Assembly: GCF_963921235.1 (NCBI RefSeq)
Contig: NC_086097.1
Coordinates: 185,692,001-185,756,000 of the forward strand
Direction: 5' to 3'
DNA length: 64,000 nucleotides
From: Mobula hypostoma
Lineage: Eukaryota
This document shows positions 62,193 through 64,000 of the stretch, in pieces (within the stretch, counting starts at the first letter, position 1; every line of letters begins with the position of its first letter). A program made the translations under genes and the position numbers. Below the pieces are notes generated by a model. The model had not been told where the DNA came from, ran no database searches, and was given only the letters and a program-made list of their open reading frames with translations.

Positions 62193-62322
62193 ACTATTTC
62201 AAGTGGATATGTACAACGGGAAACCAAGTGGAGTAATATTCCATCATTTAGAAGCAAACATGATCTGAAAGAACGACCAATTGAAAGACGTCATTCTGGT
62301 CAGGGAGATGGCACAAAGAAGG
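62193..62322 (+). CDS. Host gene coding exon 4 (TISSGYVQRETKWSNIPSFRSKHDLKERPIERRHSGQGDGTKK)
   Basis: Acceptor actttgcag, donor AAGG|GTAATT, 130 nt open frame (phase 0 to 1) in unique DNA. Confidence 0.65.
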
Positions 62323-63056
62323 GTAATTTCATCAAATATGCGTTTAGATAGTATTAAAAAGTCTCTTTAATCTATGAAATAAATTGTAATAATTTTCTGC
62401 TGAAGCCCCCATTCCAGAATAAGTGAACTAAAGAAAAGCTCTGATCAGTTAAAATCCTTAGTCCTCTTCCTTCAGAATTTTCTGCTTCTTGTGCTATAAA
62501 TCTTTGTGATATTAATGTTTTAGCTTAGGTTAATTTAAAACATTCCAAGTTTTATATTTAATTATTAATCCAAAATTGAGCTAATTCTGATCTGACTTTG
62601 CCTACTTTCTGTTGTAATAGAAAGGAGACATGTTCTCTGTGATCAAGTAAAAAATGTAGCCATTACAAAGAGTGGAACCGTTTTGTTTAGCTACTGAAGG
62701 CATATATTTTTATAATATACAAAATGGAAGTACAATAGGATACAGTTTATAAATAAGCACACTTAAATGAGAATGCTTATGAAAGGGCACATTATTTATT
62801 TTAAATTATAGTATAGCAGCTACAATAATGAGAACGATTAATTTCCAAAATTGTTTTATTTTACTGAAATGCTGAATATAAAGTAATATTTAATTATTAC
62901 TGATGTTAACCTTCAGTTGATGAAAATATCTCTAGACAATATGGTAAAATTTAGGAAACCATCCAATGGAGAATGCAAAATTCCTAGGCTGGAGAAAATA
63001 TAAAAATAGTGAACCAGGGCTTGGTTACACACTGCAGGTTGAGAGGCTATAGAAAC

Positions 63057-63128
63057 TGTTAATTAAAGAAAACTGAGTGTTGCCATCTCACAACAATAAG
63101 TGCAACACTCAGTTTTCTTTAATTAACA
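63057..63128. repeat. Perfect 27-bp inverted repeat with 18-nt spacer
   Basis: tgttaattaaagaaaactgagtgttgc (63057-63083) / gcaacactcagttttctttaattaaca (63102-63128). Confidence 0.95.
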
Positions 63129-63614
63129 AAGGAAATGCTTTTGGTATTAGGATTACATTATAACTATGTAGATGTTAACATGTAATACATGAAATATGTT
63201 GCTATTGCTTAATTTTGATCTCATCAAAATGGCACATGATATGAGGCAAGAAATAGCACTTGATAGCTATGAAGGCTTTGTAATTTTCTTTTTTCTTGGA
63301 TTACAGTTTTGCCTCAATTATATTTTACAATATCATTTAACTATTTCAGTAATTAAGTTTAATTTCGTGTTTGTAATCATATCTCCTTTTACAAAGATGG
63401 ACAATGGAGAGGCAGTAATTCAGGTCATATTTGCTGACTAAGAGGATGGCATCATTTTAAAATTAATACTTTGAAGACTTGTATTTTAGTTTCTTTGTTA
63501 AAATATTGTGGCCTAAAAAATTAAATCACATAGGTCAGATTTTTGTTTTATTTAAACCAGTAGGTCACCGTAGGTGTTCAATTTTATTTACAGGTGTAAG
63601 TTGCAGTTAGAGAT

Positions 63615-64000
63615 TGCAGAGACTAGGGCTTTATTCCCCGGAACGTAGGACATTGAGGGGTGACCTGATAGAGGTATATAATATCATGGGGGGCATAGAC
63701 AGGGTGAAACCAGATAGTCTGGAGAGGAGTTGCTAAAAAGGAGGGTATAGGTTTAAAGTCAGAAGCAAGAAATTTAAATAGGATGTAAGGGGTAGCTCTT
63801 CAGACAAACAGTGGTGCATATTTACAAAGAGCCGCTATAAATAGTTGAGCCAGGCACATTTGCAATGTTTAAGAACCGTTTAGATAAGTACATGGATAGG
63901 AAAGGTTTAGAGAGCCAAATGTGTTTAGGTGGGACTAGCCCGCTGGGCAGCAAGGTTGATGTGGTTGAGTTGGCTGAAGGGCCTGTTTCCATGCTGTACA
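63615..64000 (+). mobile_element. CR1 3' fragment
   Basis: RLGLYSPERRTLRGDLIEVY.IM and 3'UTR ggctgaagggcctgtttccatgctgta. Confidence 0.85.

Noticed and set aside
1..64000. CRISPR array, operon or other prokaryotic system
   Set aside because: No regularly spaced direct repeats or dense gene packing; the content is vertebrate intronic and TE DNA.

Overview
Eukaryotic (vertebrate) genomic DNA, not prokaryotic. The repeat content (dense CR1 LINEs with SGNH-esterase ORF1, HE1/V-SINE-like SINEs, Penelope pseudo-LTRs) suggests a cartilaginous fish such as a ray or skate; this is an inference. A CpG-rich promoter (~4.5-5.3 kb) with two abutting RFX X-box-like motifs appears to drive a + strand gene. 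Four small, phase-compatible exons (4932-4963, 28239-28336, 40513-40586, 62193-62322) encode a ~111-aa N-terminus that loosely resembles axonemal dynein heavy chain DNAH7 (tentative). The introns are mostly nested transposable elements: many CR1 copies (one full-length with TSD), an RTE, Rex1/Babar copies, a young 5'-truncated L1 with an intact RT frame, Penelope fragments and inverted pseudo-LTR elements carrying minimal hammerhead ribozymes, a Tc1, a hAT with a 6-bp TSD, a non-autonomous Helitron, BEL/Pao and Gypsy remnants, and two solo LTRs. The most notable observations are an intronless RBM25 fragment embedded inside a Gypsy element, the hammerhead-bearing fold-back Penelope family, a decayed antisense multi-exon gene for a Cys-rich secreted or receptor-like protein in intron 3, and TE-supplied splice signals next to host exons. 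Boundaries of old degraded repeats are approximate; TSD-defined boundaries were read directly from the sequence.
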